From an uncultured Planctomycetaceae bacterium (GTDB lineage: Bacteria; Planctomycetota; Planctomycetia; Planctomycetales; Planctomycetaceae): a stretch of 64,000 nucleotides of DNA. Below are positions 55,754 to 64,000 of this stretch, in pieces. The notes under the pieces are model-generated. The model ran no database searches. It was not told the DNA's origin and saw only the letters and a program-made list of their open reading frames with translations. How positions within the stretch are numbered: position 1 is the stretch's first letter; every line of letters begins with the position of its first letter. The DNA lies in assembly GCA_903861195.1 (NCBI GenBank), contig CAIOTJ010000344.1, positions 571 through 64,570 of the forward strand, written 5' to 3'. The translations under genes and the position numbers were made by a program.

Positions 55754-56236
55754 TCAACTCCGCGCCCCGCTGCCGTCGCGGGCCTCGGCCAGCCGTCGCG
55801 ATTCCTGTCGGTAGCGTTCCGAGGTCTCCAGCTGGAAGGCGGGATACGCCTCACCCTGTTGTGGGTCGCGATACCGGGCATGACAGCGGTAGCAGACCAG
55901 CACATCGGGCATCCAGGCATACAGCAGCATATCGAGCAACGCAAAAAACAGGAGCACACCCATGGCCCAAACCGGTTGATACCGGGCGATGGCCCAGGTG
56001 CTGGCGACCACCCCGGCCACCACCATTGCCACTCCCAATCGTTGCGGGAAATCCTTTTGTCGCCAGAGGTCAGAACAACCGCAGACGAGGCATTTGCCGG
56101 GACGTCCCCCCGTGTCCTCGGTGGGACAGGGGCGACTCCATTCGCACTGGCTGCAATGCAGAGCGAGGTCCGCACCGGCACCGATTCTGTTCCGGTTTTG
56201 GGATTCACAGCGAGGGCAACGAAACCGGACCAGCAT
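55754..56236 (-). CDS. double zinc-ribbon membrane protein (160 aa)
   Basis: MLVRFRCPRCESQ...LHCSQCEW...KCLVCGC... is followed by two TM helices (LGVAMVVAGVVASTWAI; VWAMGVLLFFALLDMLLYAW) and then VCYRCHARY. That gives four Cys pairs flanking a membrane hairpin. Confidence 0.6.
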   Translation of the reverse strand: MLVRFRCPRCESQNRNRIGAGADLALHCSQCEWSRPCPTEDTGGRPGKCLVCGCSDLWRQKDFPQRLGVAMVVAGVVASTWAIARYQPVWAMGVLLFFALLDMLLYAWMPDVLVCYRCHARYRDPQQGEAYPAFQLETSERYRQESRRLAEARDGSGARS

Positions 56237-56417
56237 CGGGGGATCCAGACAGAACGTGGGAGCGTGTCTCAGACGGCAGCGGCACAGAGTCAAGAGAAAC
56301 TATAGCAGCGTCGCGACACGGGCCGCAGCCTGCGGGAGGCCAGCGGCCAGAATCGATACGAATGGTCCTTGGGCTACCCTCCTCCCCGACTTTCCCGAGG
56401 GAATCAGGCTTTGACAC

Positions 56418-56447
56418 TTGAAGCGCAATTGTTTGTTGATCTATACT
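56418..56447 (+). promoter_or_regulatory. promoter candidate TTGAAG-N18-TATACT for the Secretin_N-repeat gene
   Basis: cTTGAAGcgcaattgtttgttgatcTATACTcc. An exact TTGACA sits 7 nt further upstream (56411-16) but at a non-functional 25-nt spacing. This implies a roughly 230-nt leader. Confidence 0.4.
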
Positions 56448-56683
56448 CCTTGTTGCCTGAACAGGCGTCCTAATTTGTGGCCTTTCCCCGCAGGAGTGGG
56501 GGCAGGCCCTCCCACCCCCGTTGCAGTTCACATTCCGTCACATTTTGAAGCAGGTTTGGCAAGCTGTTGGATGGGGCTTGCCAAGCCGCTGAGGCTCCTC
56601 CCGGAGTCTGTGACGGACCCGCCCCCAACCCGCTAGACCTGTCCGCCAGGTTGGGTTCATTTCATTCGCCAGTTGAGTTTTAC

Positions 56684-59389
56684 ATGAAGCCGTTCCCTCG
56701 TTTGGGGCGTTCGCTGCCTTGGGCACTGACGTTCGCCATGGGCGTCAGCCCTGCCTGGAACCGTTCCTGGTCTCAAGACAAGCCGGCCACCCCCGAGGCG
56801 GCCAGCCCGGCCCCGGCGGCGCCGGTCACGCGCCCCGAGGTTCCCAATGAGCCAGTCAATCCCGAGGAATTGGAGATTCGTCCTGACGAACAGGGGCGCA
56901 TCCGGTTTCAATTCCAGGGACAGCCTTGGCAGGCCGTGGTGGAATGGCTCGCGGAAGTGTCTCACCTGAGTCTCGACTGGCAAGAATTGCCTCCGGGATT
57001 CCTGAATCTGCACACCCAGCAGACCTATTCGCTCGAAGAGGCGCGGGACCTGATCAACCGGCATTTGCTGGATCGGGGATTCACCCTGCTAAAGCATGGC
57101 GAAGTTCTCTCGGTGGCGAAGATTTCGCGGATCGATCCCAGCCTGGTGCCGCGCCTTGAGCCGGATGAGCTGGGCGAGGCTCTCCCGCACGAATTCGTCC
57201 GAGTGACGTTTCCCCTCGACTGGATCACGGCGGAAGTGGCAGTCGAGGATCTCAAGCCGCTGGTCAGTCCGAATGGCAAGTTGACCACCATCAAATCGTC
57301 GAATCACCTCGAGGCGATGGACGCGGTCGCCAATCTTCGTGACATTCGCCGACTGGTGGGGGATCCAAATTCTCCCCGGGGCCCCCGGCGACAGGTCAAG
57401 CAGTTCGTGCTCGAGCACACCAAGGCCGAGGAGGTGCGTGATCAGCTCCGTCGGCTGTTGGGAATCGACCGGGGGACATCGACCGCGAGCGCGGCCGATC
57501 CCGGAGTCATCATGCAGCAGATGGCCACCTACATGAAGCAGGCGGGAATGGACCCGGGTCAGTTGGCGAAGGCGCGATCGGCACCTCCCCCTCCGGTGCA
57601 CATCGTGACGAATCTGCGTGACAACAGTCTGCTGGTGAATGCTCCGGCGGACCAGATGGCGATTGTCGCCGAAGCGGTCAAGGTGCTCGATGTGCCCAAT
57701 GACCGCTCGAAGTCACTGCTGCGGAACAACAGCCGCGTGCAGACCTATCCGTTGCAGTCGGCCGACCCCGACAACATCCTGAAATTGATTCAGGATCTGG
57801 GGGATCTGGAACCGGAGACCCGGCTGCAGGTCGATCGCAAGAAACGTGCGATCGTCGCACACGCCAGTCTGATCGATCATCTGACCATTCGAACGCTGGT
57901 CGAAAAGCTCGATGGGACCGCCCGGAGCCTGAAGGTCATTCCCCTCCGCAAGCTCGAGGCCCATGAGGTCGCGGGTTCACTGAATCTGGTGATCGGGGGC
58001 GGTGCGGCCGCCACCCGGGTCTCGACCCGCGATGCCGAGGATGAATCCAAGCGTTTCCGGGTGGTGGCTGACGGGCAGTTGAACCGCCTGATGCTGTGGG
58101 TGAGCGACGAAGAACTGGTCGAGGTGAGGCGGCTGTTGGTGGAACTGGGCGAACCGGAAGACGCCGACGCCCCCGCCGACACGGCGGTTCGTGTTCTCGA
58201 ATCGACCGATCCCGAGCAGATGGATACTTTGCTCCGTCGTCTGCAGGCGGAGTGGCGCGAGCTGCTGCCCAACCGCCTGGAACTGGGCCCCGGGGTGGAG
58301 CTTCCCCGCGTGAAAAATGAAGATGAGGGGCAATCGAAGGCCACCCGTAAGCCCAGCCGTTCCGCACGTCAGGCCAAACCTGTCCCCGCCCAGGAGGCTC
58401 GCCGCGAGGAGCCCGAGAGCGAGCCCGCCGCGGCTGTCAAGCTGACTGCCCTGCGGCCTGTGATGCTGCCCGAATCGGCCGAGAAAGACGCCGGGGCCGC
58501 GGCGGCACGGCCTGGCGAACTTCCGCCGGTGCGTGTCGATCGGGACTCACTGGGGCGCTGGATTCTGCGATCGGATGATCCCGAGGCTTTGGCGAAACTG
58601 CAGAAGTTGTTCGAGCAATCGAAGCCCGAGCGCGAGAACTTCCATGTCTTTAAGATGAAGAACAAATCGACCTGGGCGGGAACGATCGCCGAGAATCTGA
58701 GGTTGTTCTTCGACGAACGCCGCAAAGCGGAAGAAAAACGCCTTGGCGACACCTCGGTGGCCCGCTGGTACGATCCGTCCCAATCGAAGTGGATTGATAC
58801 TCCGAGGCAGGATCCAGCCACAGCGCTGAAGAAGTTGCGGATGCCCCCCAAATTCATCGTGGACGAAGAATCGAACACGATTCTCACGCTCGAGGCCGAC
58901 TCTGAGCAGATTGCCGCCGCCCAGAAATTCATCGATCTGTACGACACTCCCGAGGCGGTGGAGTCGCCGATTGTCCGGGTGACCCGGTTGGTCCCCGTGA
59001 GTTTCGCCAATCCCAAGCAGGTCTCCGACACCTTGAAGGATGTCTACAAGGATCTGCTGGTTTCGAATGAACTGGCCGCTTACTCCGCCGCGACCAAGAA
59101 AAAGCGGAACGTCGAGCCGACCTATGTGCTGGAGAGCGGAGCGGGCAAGGCGGCCTCGAACTCGCTGCTGCGGTTCCGCGGGCAGTTGGCGCTGGGAATC
59201 GATGAGAGCTCTTCGAGCATCGTGGTCTCGGCCCCGTCGGCACTGGCCGATATGGTGGAGGAAACGATCAAGGCGCTCGACGAGGCCGCCCGCTCCAACC
59301 GCCCCAAGGTGCAGGTCTTCAGTCTCAAGAAGGGGATTGATGCAGCCGAAGTCCAGAAGCGATTGGCCCAGGCGCTGAACAAGAAGTGA
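56684..59389 (+). CDS. secreted protein with multiple Secretin_N (GspD N1-like) modules and no secretin pore domain
   Basis: Signal peptide MKPFPRLGRSLPWALTFAMGVSPAWN. At least five repeats pair a beta-strand-helix unit (VKQFVLEHTKAEEVRDQLRRLLG; VQTYPLQSADPDNILKLIQDLG; LKVIPLRKLEAHEVAGSLNLV; VTRLVPVSFANPKQVSDTLKDVY; VQVFSLKKGIDAAEVQKRLAQAL) with a second unit (LLVNAPADQMAIVAEAVKVLD; IVAHASLIDHLTIRTLVEKLD; LMLWVSDEELVEVRRLLVELG; ILTLEADSEQIAAAQKFIDLYD; IVVSAPSALADMVEETIKALD). I see no C-terminal VPxLxxIPxLGxLF-type beta-barrel motif. Confidence 0.75.
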   Translation: MKPFPRLGRSLPWALTFAMGVSPAWNRSWSQDKPATPEAASPAPAAPVTRPEVPNEPVNPEELEIRPDEQGRIRFQFQGQPWQAVVEWLAEVSHLSLDWQELPPGFLNLHTQQTYSLEEARDLINRHLLDRGFTLLKHGEVLSVAKISRIDPSLVPRLEPDELGEALPHEFVRVTFPLDWITAEVAVEDLKPLVSPNGKLTTIKSSNHLEAMDAVANLRDIRRLVGDPNSPRGPRRQVKQFVLEHTKAEEVRDQLRRLLGIDRGTSTASAADPGVIMQQMATYMKQAGMDPGQLAKARSAPPPPVHIVTNLRDNSLLVNAPADQMAIVAEAVKVLDVPNDRSKSLLRNNSRVQTYPLQSADPDNILKLIQDLGDLEPETRLQVDRKKRAIVAHASLIDHLTIRTLVEKLDGTARSLKVIPLRKLEAHEVAGSLNLVIGGGAAATRVSTRDAEDESKRFRVVADGQLNRLMLWVSDEELVEVRRLLVELGEPEDADAPADTAVRVLESTDPEQMDTLLRRLQAEWRELLPNRLELGPGVELPRVKNEDEGQSKATRKPSRSARQAKPVPAQEARREEPESEPAAAVKLTALRPVMLPESAEKDAGAAAARPGELPPVRVDRDSLGRWILRSDDPEALAKLQKLFEQSKPERENFHVFKMKNKSTWAGTIAENLRLFFDERRKAEEKRLGDTSVARWYDPSQSKWIDTPRQDPATALKKLRMPPKFIVDEESNTILTLEADSEQIAAAQKFIDLYDTPEAVESPIVRVTRLVPVSFANPKQVSDTLKDVYKDLLVSNELAAYSAATKKKRNVEPTYVLESGAGKAASNSLLRFRGQLALGIDESSSSIVVSAPSALADMVEETIKALDEAARSNRPKVQVFSLKKGIDAAEVQKRLAQALNKK

Positions 59390-59464
59390 TGAGCCACCGG
59401 AGTGGAGTTGGCGATCAGCCGCGAGCAGGGGGCCACCGAACCTGCCGAGTGTGATGGCTTGCCG

Positions 59465-61960
59465 TCAGGCCGCGGGAGTGGGTGCCCGGTCCCCGCGCGG
59501 GGTGGGGGATTTGCTGGCTGGAGCGGCCCGCTGTGAAGGAAGATCTGCCTTGGCCCGTTCGGAATCGTAGAAGTGGTTCGCTACGAAATGTTCCCCGAGG
59601 AAGATCGCCAGCAGGAGCACCCCCAGGAACGGAAAGACCTCGTGCCCTTCCCGGCCGGTCTGAACGTTCCGCCGCAGGTTCTCGACTGTCTTGGCCAGGC
59701 TGTATCGCTCGCTTCCCAGACGCTCATCGAGATCTGCTGAGGTCAGCCGGTCCAAAAGGCTTTCCTTCCCGTCCGGATTCACGCTGAAGCCTTGCTCGAG
59801 GGTGGCGGCTCCTTCGCCCAAGATCAGCCGGTAATTTCCCAATTGGTCCAGTTCGGCGAGCCGCACACTGGGGGCATTCGCCGGAATGTCCCCCGGCAAT
59901 TGCTGCAGACCGGGCTTGCGCAACAGGGATCGGGCGAAGGAGTGTCCGGGTTCCAGCGGCACCAGCACCTCGGCACCGGCCAAATGGTTGAACTGGGATC
60001 GTCCCGCGCGGCCCAGGTAGGTCATCATCTGGTCCACCAGCCCCACAAACTCCCAACCCACGACCGGTAGATCGTTCCAGCCACGCCGGTCGAGAGGGGT
60101 CGTCAGCAAGAGAACCCGCCCACGGCCCACGGCCCGTTCGATGAGAGCCGGGCCCTGCCGGGGGTCGGTGTACCGGGCAATCACCGCGGTGTCGGCGGTG
60201 GGGTCCACCCGCCAGTACCTGAGGATCGGCTCCGCCTTGAGTCCACCGGCTCCCCAATCATCGAAGCGTTTGAGCAGGGGGTGATTGAGATCCCGAAGGT
60301 CGAGGTATTCGGCCGGTCGGAACGCGAGGGGAGCCCCCAGTTGACCGGGCAGCACCGCCAGGGCCTGGTCGGTCAGGTAGGCGGGATGGTTGACCCGGTC
60401 TCCCAGGACGACCAGCGCGCTCCCCCCCGAGGCCACGTAGTCGGTCAGCGACTTCCAGCCGGCGGGGCCGGGATCGGCCACATTCAGCAGGGCCACCACC
60501 GAGTACCGGGACAGGTCGGTATTGGAGAGCTGGCCCGATCGCATCACCTGGCAACGGAATGGTCCCTGGCCCCGCTCCACGAGGTCCTGGGGGGCCAGCG
60601 CCTCCAGGACAAATCGCGCTTCACCAGGATTGTCGCAGACCAACAGAATCTCGGCTGGGGGATGTACCGCTACGGTAAAGGCCCGAGTATCGTCGAACGA
60701 CAGCGGATCACTCGCGACCAGCCGCAGTTCCCCCTGCAGCACACCAGAAGCCTGGGGACGGAGAATGAACTGGGCGGTGGCTCCTCCGGTTCCATCGACC
60801 TGGATGGTCTGCGGGGGGCCCTGACGAACCATCTGTCCGGTACTGTCCAGCACCGACAGTTCCACCACTTTCTCTCCCTGGGAGGCTCCCTGGGCATCGA
60901 CTCGGGCCTGGATGTTCAACTCGCTCCCCACAGCGACGGACTGATCGGTCAGCATCAAGTCCGTCAGACCGGCATTGCTGGAGTTCTCCACCCCCACGTC
61001 TATGAAATACAGCCCCACTCCCCCCTGCGCGGCCAGCACCTCCTTGAGGCGGGGCAGCGCGTCGGCACGGAAGGCGTTGGCCGTGAGGTCGGTGAAAACG
61101 TAGATCTCCCGGATGCGATCATCGGATTCCGTGGCTTGCGTCGACTCGGATGGGTTCGCGGGCGCGACTTGCCGCCGGTCTTCGAGATGGGCATCCAGGG
61201 CCGCCAGGATCCGGTCTTCCAGCGGCCGGAACAGGGGAGAAAGTTCGAGTGTTTCCACTCTCCGCGAGGCGCCCAGGAGGTCGGGGGCGAAGCGAATGAG
61301 GCCGTCGGAACTGGTGTCGCAGATGGCCAGCCGACTGCCGCGGGGGAGCGACTTCAGATGTCGCTGGGCGATGTCCCGGGCGACCTCCAGGCGGGTCTGG
61401 CTTTCGAGTTGGTAGCCCATGCTCAGGCTGGTGTCGAACAGCATGACCGCGGTCACGGGTTGCGTGGCATCCACCACGACCCCGGGATTTGCCATCGACG
61501 CCCAGACCCGTTGGCGGTAGGGAAGGGCGAAGACCAGCAGCAGCCCCACGAGGCCAGCCACCGCGATCCCCGCCGTCAGCACGGTCTTCTTGAGGGCCAA
61601 CTCGGGGGGGGAAACCGGCTGACGACGAAGAACCTTGCCGCCGATCCCATACGCCATCCCGACTCCCGCCAGCACTCCCAACAGGCGCAGCCAGTCTCCC
61701 CAGGAGAGCGACCAGTCGCCCGCGGGAACCCGTGGTCTGGCCACGACAAACACCAGGGCCCCGACAACACCCATTCTCAGCAGGAGCAGCCAGAGGTGTC
61801 TGAGGCGCAGCCTGCGGGCGGTGGTTTGACGGCGGTTCTGGATCAGTCGCAGGGCCGGAAAGTCGAACTTTTTCGGCCGCGCCTTCATCAGCAGGTGCAG
61901 CACCACGGGGACGAGCATCAGTCCCAAGCCCAACAGCAACAGGGGGTGCAACAGGCTCAT
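59465..61960 (-). CDS. BatA-N (double-TM N-terminal anchor) + VWA domain membrane protein
   Basis: MSLLHPLLLLGLGLMLVPVVLHLLMKARPKKFDFPALRLI is the aerotolerance-regulator N-terminal motif. A second TM helix follows, then a VWA-like MIDAS start VMLFDTSLSMGY, and a C-terminal TM helix (FPFLGVLLLAIFLGEHF). Confidence 0.8.
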   Translation of the reverse strand: MSLLHPLLLLGLGLMLVPVVLHLLMKARPKKFDFPALRLIQNRRQTTARRLRLRHLWLLLLRMGVVGALVFVVARPRVPAGDWSLSWGDWLRLLGVLAGVGMAYGIGGKVLRRQPVSPPELALKKTVLTAGIAVAGLVGLLLVFALPYRQRVWASMANPGVVVDATQPVTAVMLFDTSLSMGYQLESQTRLEVARDIAQRHLKSLPRGSRLAICDTSSDGLIRFAPDLLGASRRVETLELSPLFRPLEDRILAALDAHLEDRRQVAPANPSESTQATESDDRIREIYVFTDLTANAFRADALPRLKEVLAAQGGVGLYFIDVGVENSSNAGLTDLMLTDQSVAVGSELNIQARVDAQGASQGEKVVELSVLDSTGQMVRQGPPQTIQVDGTGGATAQFILRPQASGVLQGELRLVASDPLSFDDTRAFTVAVHPPAEILLVCDNPGEARFVLEALAPQDLVERGQGPFRCQVMRSGQLSNTDLSRYSVVALLNVADPGPAGWKSLTDYVASGGSALVVLGDRVNHPAYLTDQALAVLPGQLGAPLAFRPAEYLDLRDLNHPLLKRFDDWGAGGLKAEPILRYWRVDPTADTAVIARYTDPRQGPALIERAVGRGRVLLLTTPLDRRGWNDLPVVGWEFVGLVDQMMTYLGRAGRSQFNHLAGAEVLVPLEPGHSFARSLLRKPGLQQLPGDIPANAPSVRLAELDQLGNYRLILGEGAATLEQGFSVNPDGKESLLDRLTSADLDERLGSERYSLAKTVENLRRNVQTGREGHEVFPFLGVLLLAIFLGEHFVANHFYDSERAKADLPSQRAAPASKSPTPRGDRAPTPAA

Positions 61961-62102
61961 CGGAGGTTCCGGAAAAGTTCACAACCGTGAGACAAGTGTA
62001 CGCGGATCGCAACCGAACCGCAAAAAGCGTGCTGGGTCCCACGGACCGCAAGCGAGTCCTCACCCACCCGGACCGCGGTTTCACCCATACACGGACCGGG
62101 AC

Positions 62103-63725
62103 CTACCAGGCCAGAGCATAGCCATCGCGACGTGGATCGGCCCCGGCCAGCCGGGAGCCGCATTCCGGATCGATCATCACCCCCTGGCCGCCCCCCACCA
62201 GGAAGTTGTAGTCCCCGATGAGTTCCAGATGATGCCCCCGCTGAGACAACTGCTGCAAAACGTTCGCCGGCACACGGGTTTCGATCTGCATGCGGGTCCC
62301 CTCGAAGAGCCGAAAGCGCGGGGCGTCGATGGCCGCCTGCAAATCGGCTCCAAAATCCATGACGTTCAGCAGCATCTGCAGAGTGGTGTGCAGGATGCCG
62401 TAACTGCCGGGCGTCGAGACGGCAAACCAGAACCGACCATCCTCGTGAAATACCTGGACTGGGGCCATGCAGGCGGCCCAGCGTTTTCCGGGAGCCATGA
62501 GGTTGGGGGTGGGACAGGCCGGGTCGATTTCACACCAATAGCAGAAGCTGTTCAGGGCTACTCCCGTTCGCGGTACAAAACAGCCTGAACCGAAGCCATG
62601 CCCCAGGGACTGGGTGATGCTGGCGACATTTCCCGCCTCGTCCACCACCGAGAGATGGGTGGTGGACCCGTGTTGGCTGCCGGGGGGGACCACCGGCAGG
62701 CTCTGCCCGCCGTTCCAGCGTTCTCCCTCACTGCGCGACGCCAACGTGCGCTGGATCATCCCCCGGCGGTGTGCGATGTAATCGGGGCTCAGCAGCCAGT
62801 CGACGGGGACCGGCTGGAGCCGCGGATCGCCGGCATAGGCGATCCGGTCGGCAATCGCCAGCTTCGCCGCCTCTGTGACGAGGTGCAGATACTCGGCCGA
62901 GTTGTGCTCCAACGCGGCGAGATTCTCGGGCTCCAACAGCCGCAGGGTCTGCAGGATCTGGAAACCTTCATTATTGGGGGGACACGTCCGCACGCGATGG
63001 CCGCGATAACGGGCCTCGATCGGCTCTTCCCAATCGGGGCGATAGCCGGCCAGGTCGGCGGCGGTCATCAGTCCTCCCGCCTCCTGCATGAATCGCTCGA
63101 GCTGCCGGGCGAATGGCCCCTGGTAGAACCAGTCGGGCCCTTCCGAGGCGAGGGCCCGAAGGGTCCGGGCGAGATCGGGCTGGCGAACACAGGCCCCAAG
63201 CCGGAGTGGGACCCCGCCCCAGATCTGCATGCCGGCGGGGTTCAGGCGGGGAAGTGAACTGCGAATCAGCTCGACATTAAAAGGGTGCAGACCAAATCCC
63301 TTATCCGCAAGTTCAATAGCCGGCTGCAGGACCTGGTCGAAACGCAGCGTTCCGTGCGCCCGCAGGGCTTCCGACCAGCCGGCGACATTCCCGGGAATCA
63401 TCGAGGCCTTGGGACCGAGTTCCCGCGTGACCAGATCGAATTGATCGGGAGTTGCCCGCGCCGGCGTATTGCCGCAGAAATTGAGAACTTTCGTCGAACC
63501 CCCGGCGAGGTGCAGCAGCAAGAAGCCGACACCCCCAACGCCGCTCATATACGGTTCTACCACCCCCAGGGCGATTGCGGTGGCGATCGCCGCATCGACC
63601 GCGTTGCCTCCCTGTCGCAAGATATCCATTCCCACCTGGGAGGCGAGGGGATGAGCACTGGCCACGGCGGCTCTCCGTCCCACGACGGTGGGGCGGGTTC
63701 GGGACCATGAAACGGCAGGGTTCAT
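62103..63725 (-). CDS. ggt: gamma-glutamyltransferase
   Basis: Start at MNPAVSWSRTRPTVVG.... HPLASQVGMDILRQGGNAVDAAIA and GGVGFLL are present. The autoprocessing nucleophile context is GSTTHLSVVDEAGNVASITQSLG..FGSG. Confidence 0.85.
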   Translation of the reverse strand: MNPAVSWSRTRPTVVGRRAAVASAHPLASQVGMDILRQGGNAVDAAIATAIALGVVEPYMSGVGGVGFLLLHLAGGSTKVLNFCGNTPARATPDQFDLVTRELGPKASMIPGNVAGWSEALRAHGTLRFDQVLQPAIELADKGFGLHPFNVELIRSSLPRLNPAGMQIWGGVPLRLGACVRQPDLARTLRALASEGPDWFYQGPFARQLERFMQEAGGLMTAADLAGYRPDWEEPIEARYRGHRVRTCPPNNEGFQILQTLRLLEPENLAALEHNSAEYLHLVTEAAKLAIADRIAYAGDPRLQPVPVDWLLSPDYIAHRRGMIQRTLASRSEGERWNGGQSLPVVPPGSQHGSTTHLSVVDEAGNVASITQSLGHGFGSGCFVPRTGVALNSFCYWCEIDPACPTPNLMAPGKRWAACMAPVQVFHEDGRFWFAVSTPGSYGILHTTLQMLLNVMDFGADLQAAIDAPRFRLFEGTRMQIETRVPANVLQQLSQRGHHLELIGDYNFLVGGGQGVMIDPECGSRLAGADPRRDGYALAW

Positions 63726-63852
63726 GAGCGCGATGAAGAAAACTGGGGGCGAATGGGGGGGAGAACGCGAAGCGATGTCCCGGGGGTTGCAGAAGTTCCG
63801 CTCGATCGGGGAGTATAAAGAGAGTTTTCCGCTCCCGCACGAGTTTGAACCC

Positions 63853-64000
63853 ATGCTTCCGCTTCGCGACAACATCCCGTCCCGCACGTTCCCGACGATC
63901 AATTACGCCATGATCGCCCTGTGTACCGTCTGCTTCCTCGCCCAATTGGCCGGGCTGGGTGACGGACGGGATGAGTTGATCGAGAAGTATGGCATGATCC
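63853..64000 (+). CDS. rhomboid-family intramembrane serine protease (N-terminal 49 aa only; truncated by window end)
   Basis: MLPLRDNIPSRTFPTINYAMIALCTVCFLAQL matches the common rhomboid N-terminus (M-x-P-L-R-D-N-x-P-x-x-x-F-P, then TM1). Confidence 0.55.
   Translation, partial: MLPLRDNIPSRTFPTINYAMIALCTVCFLAQLAGLGDGRDELIEKYGMI

Noticed and set aside
56556-56570. Sigma54 -24/-12-like element TGGCAAGCTGTTGGA upstream of the Secretin_N-repeat gene
   Set aside because: The GG-to-GC spacing is off by one, and the -12 element reads TTGG rather than TTGC. The only nearby bEBP-like protein has lost its GAFTGA loop. The sequence is better explained as one arm of the 12-bp inverted repeat.

Overview
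High-GC (roughly 60-65% by eye) chromosomal segment. The gene content points to Planctomycetota: two DUF1501 genes, a DUF1549/DUF1553 (PSCyt2/PSD1) protein, a PSCyt1-WD40 protein, two DUF1592-family CxxCH proteins, one DUF1552 (HxxSHH) protein and a PEP-CTERM protein. I call 44 protein-coding genes, two of them truncated at the window edges, plus one transposase pseudogene. I found no rRNA, tRNA or CRISPR array by eye. Recognisable housekeeping genes are mfd, mraZ, fdxA, hpnH, mscL, moaA/moaE/moaD, a class-V cysteine desulfurase, ggt, a PfkB/KdgK-type sugar kinase, an SDR oxidoreductase and a rhomboid protease. Most long ORFs in the supplied track are antisense shadow ORFs of these genes (Arg/Gly/Pro/His-rich, typical of high-GC DNA) and are rejected. 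Several ORF-track starts are upstream GTG/TTG extensions, so I re-set starts where a signal peptide, Tat motif or family N-terminus made the true ATG clear. Start codons remain the least certain part of the annotation. Regulatory calls: a five-repeat GTGGG MraZ operator, five promoter candidates sharing a TTGACA-like/18-nt spacer/TAnnnT layout, and four intrinsic-terminator candidates, two of them strong. One roughly 4 kb lower-GC decayed patch (6.75-10.8 kb) holds a PEP-CTERM gene, a small orphan ORF and an IS21-family relic. The best candidate for an undescribed system is the divergent locus at 33.3-40.4 kb. It pairs an N-terminal-STAS membrane protein and an orphan GspE/PilB-type ATPase with two paralogous bitopic coiled-coil proteins and a 53-aa membrane protein. 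Other candidates are a TlpA-TlpA-DUF1592-DUF1552 operon, a four-gene DUF1501/PPC/PSD/PSCyt1-WD40 cassette, a pore-less multi-Secretin_N protein, a catalytically degenerate sigma54-activator-like regulator and an orphan mraZ. All family assignments come from motif recognition in the translations. No database search was run.
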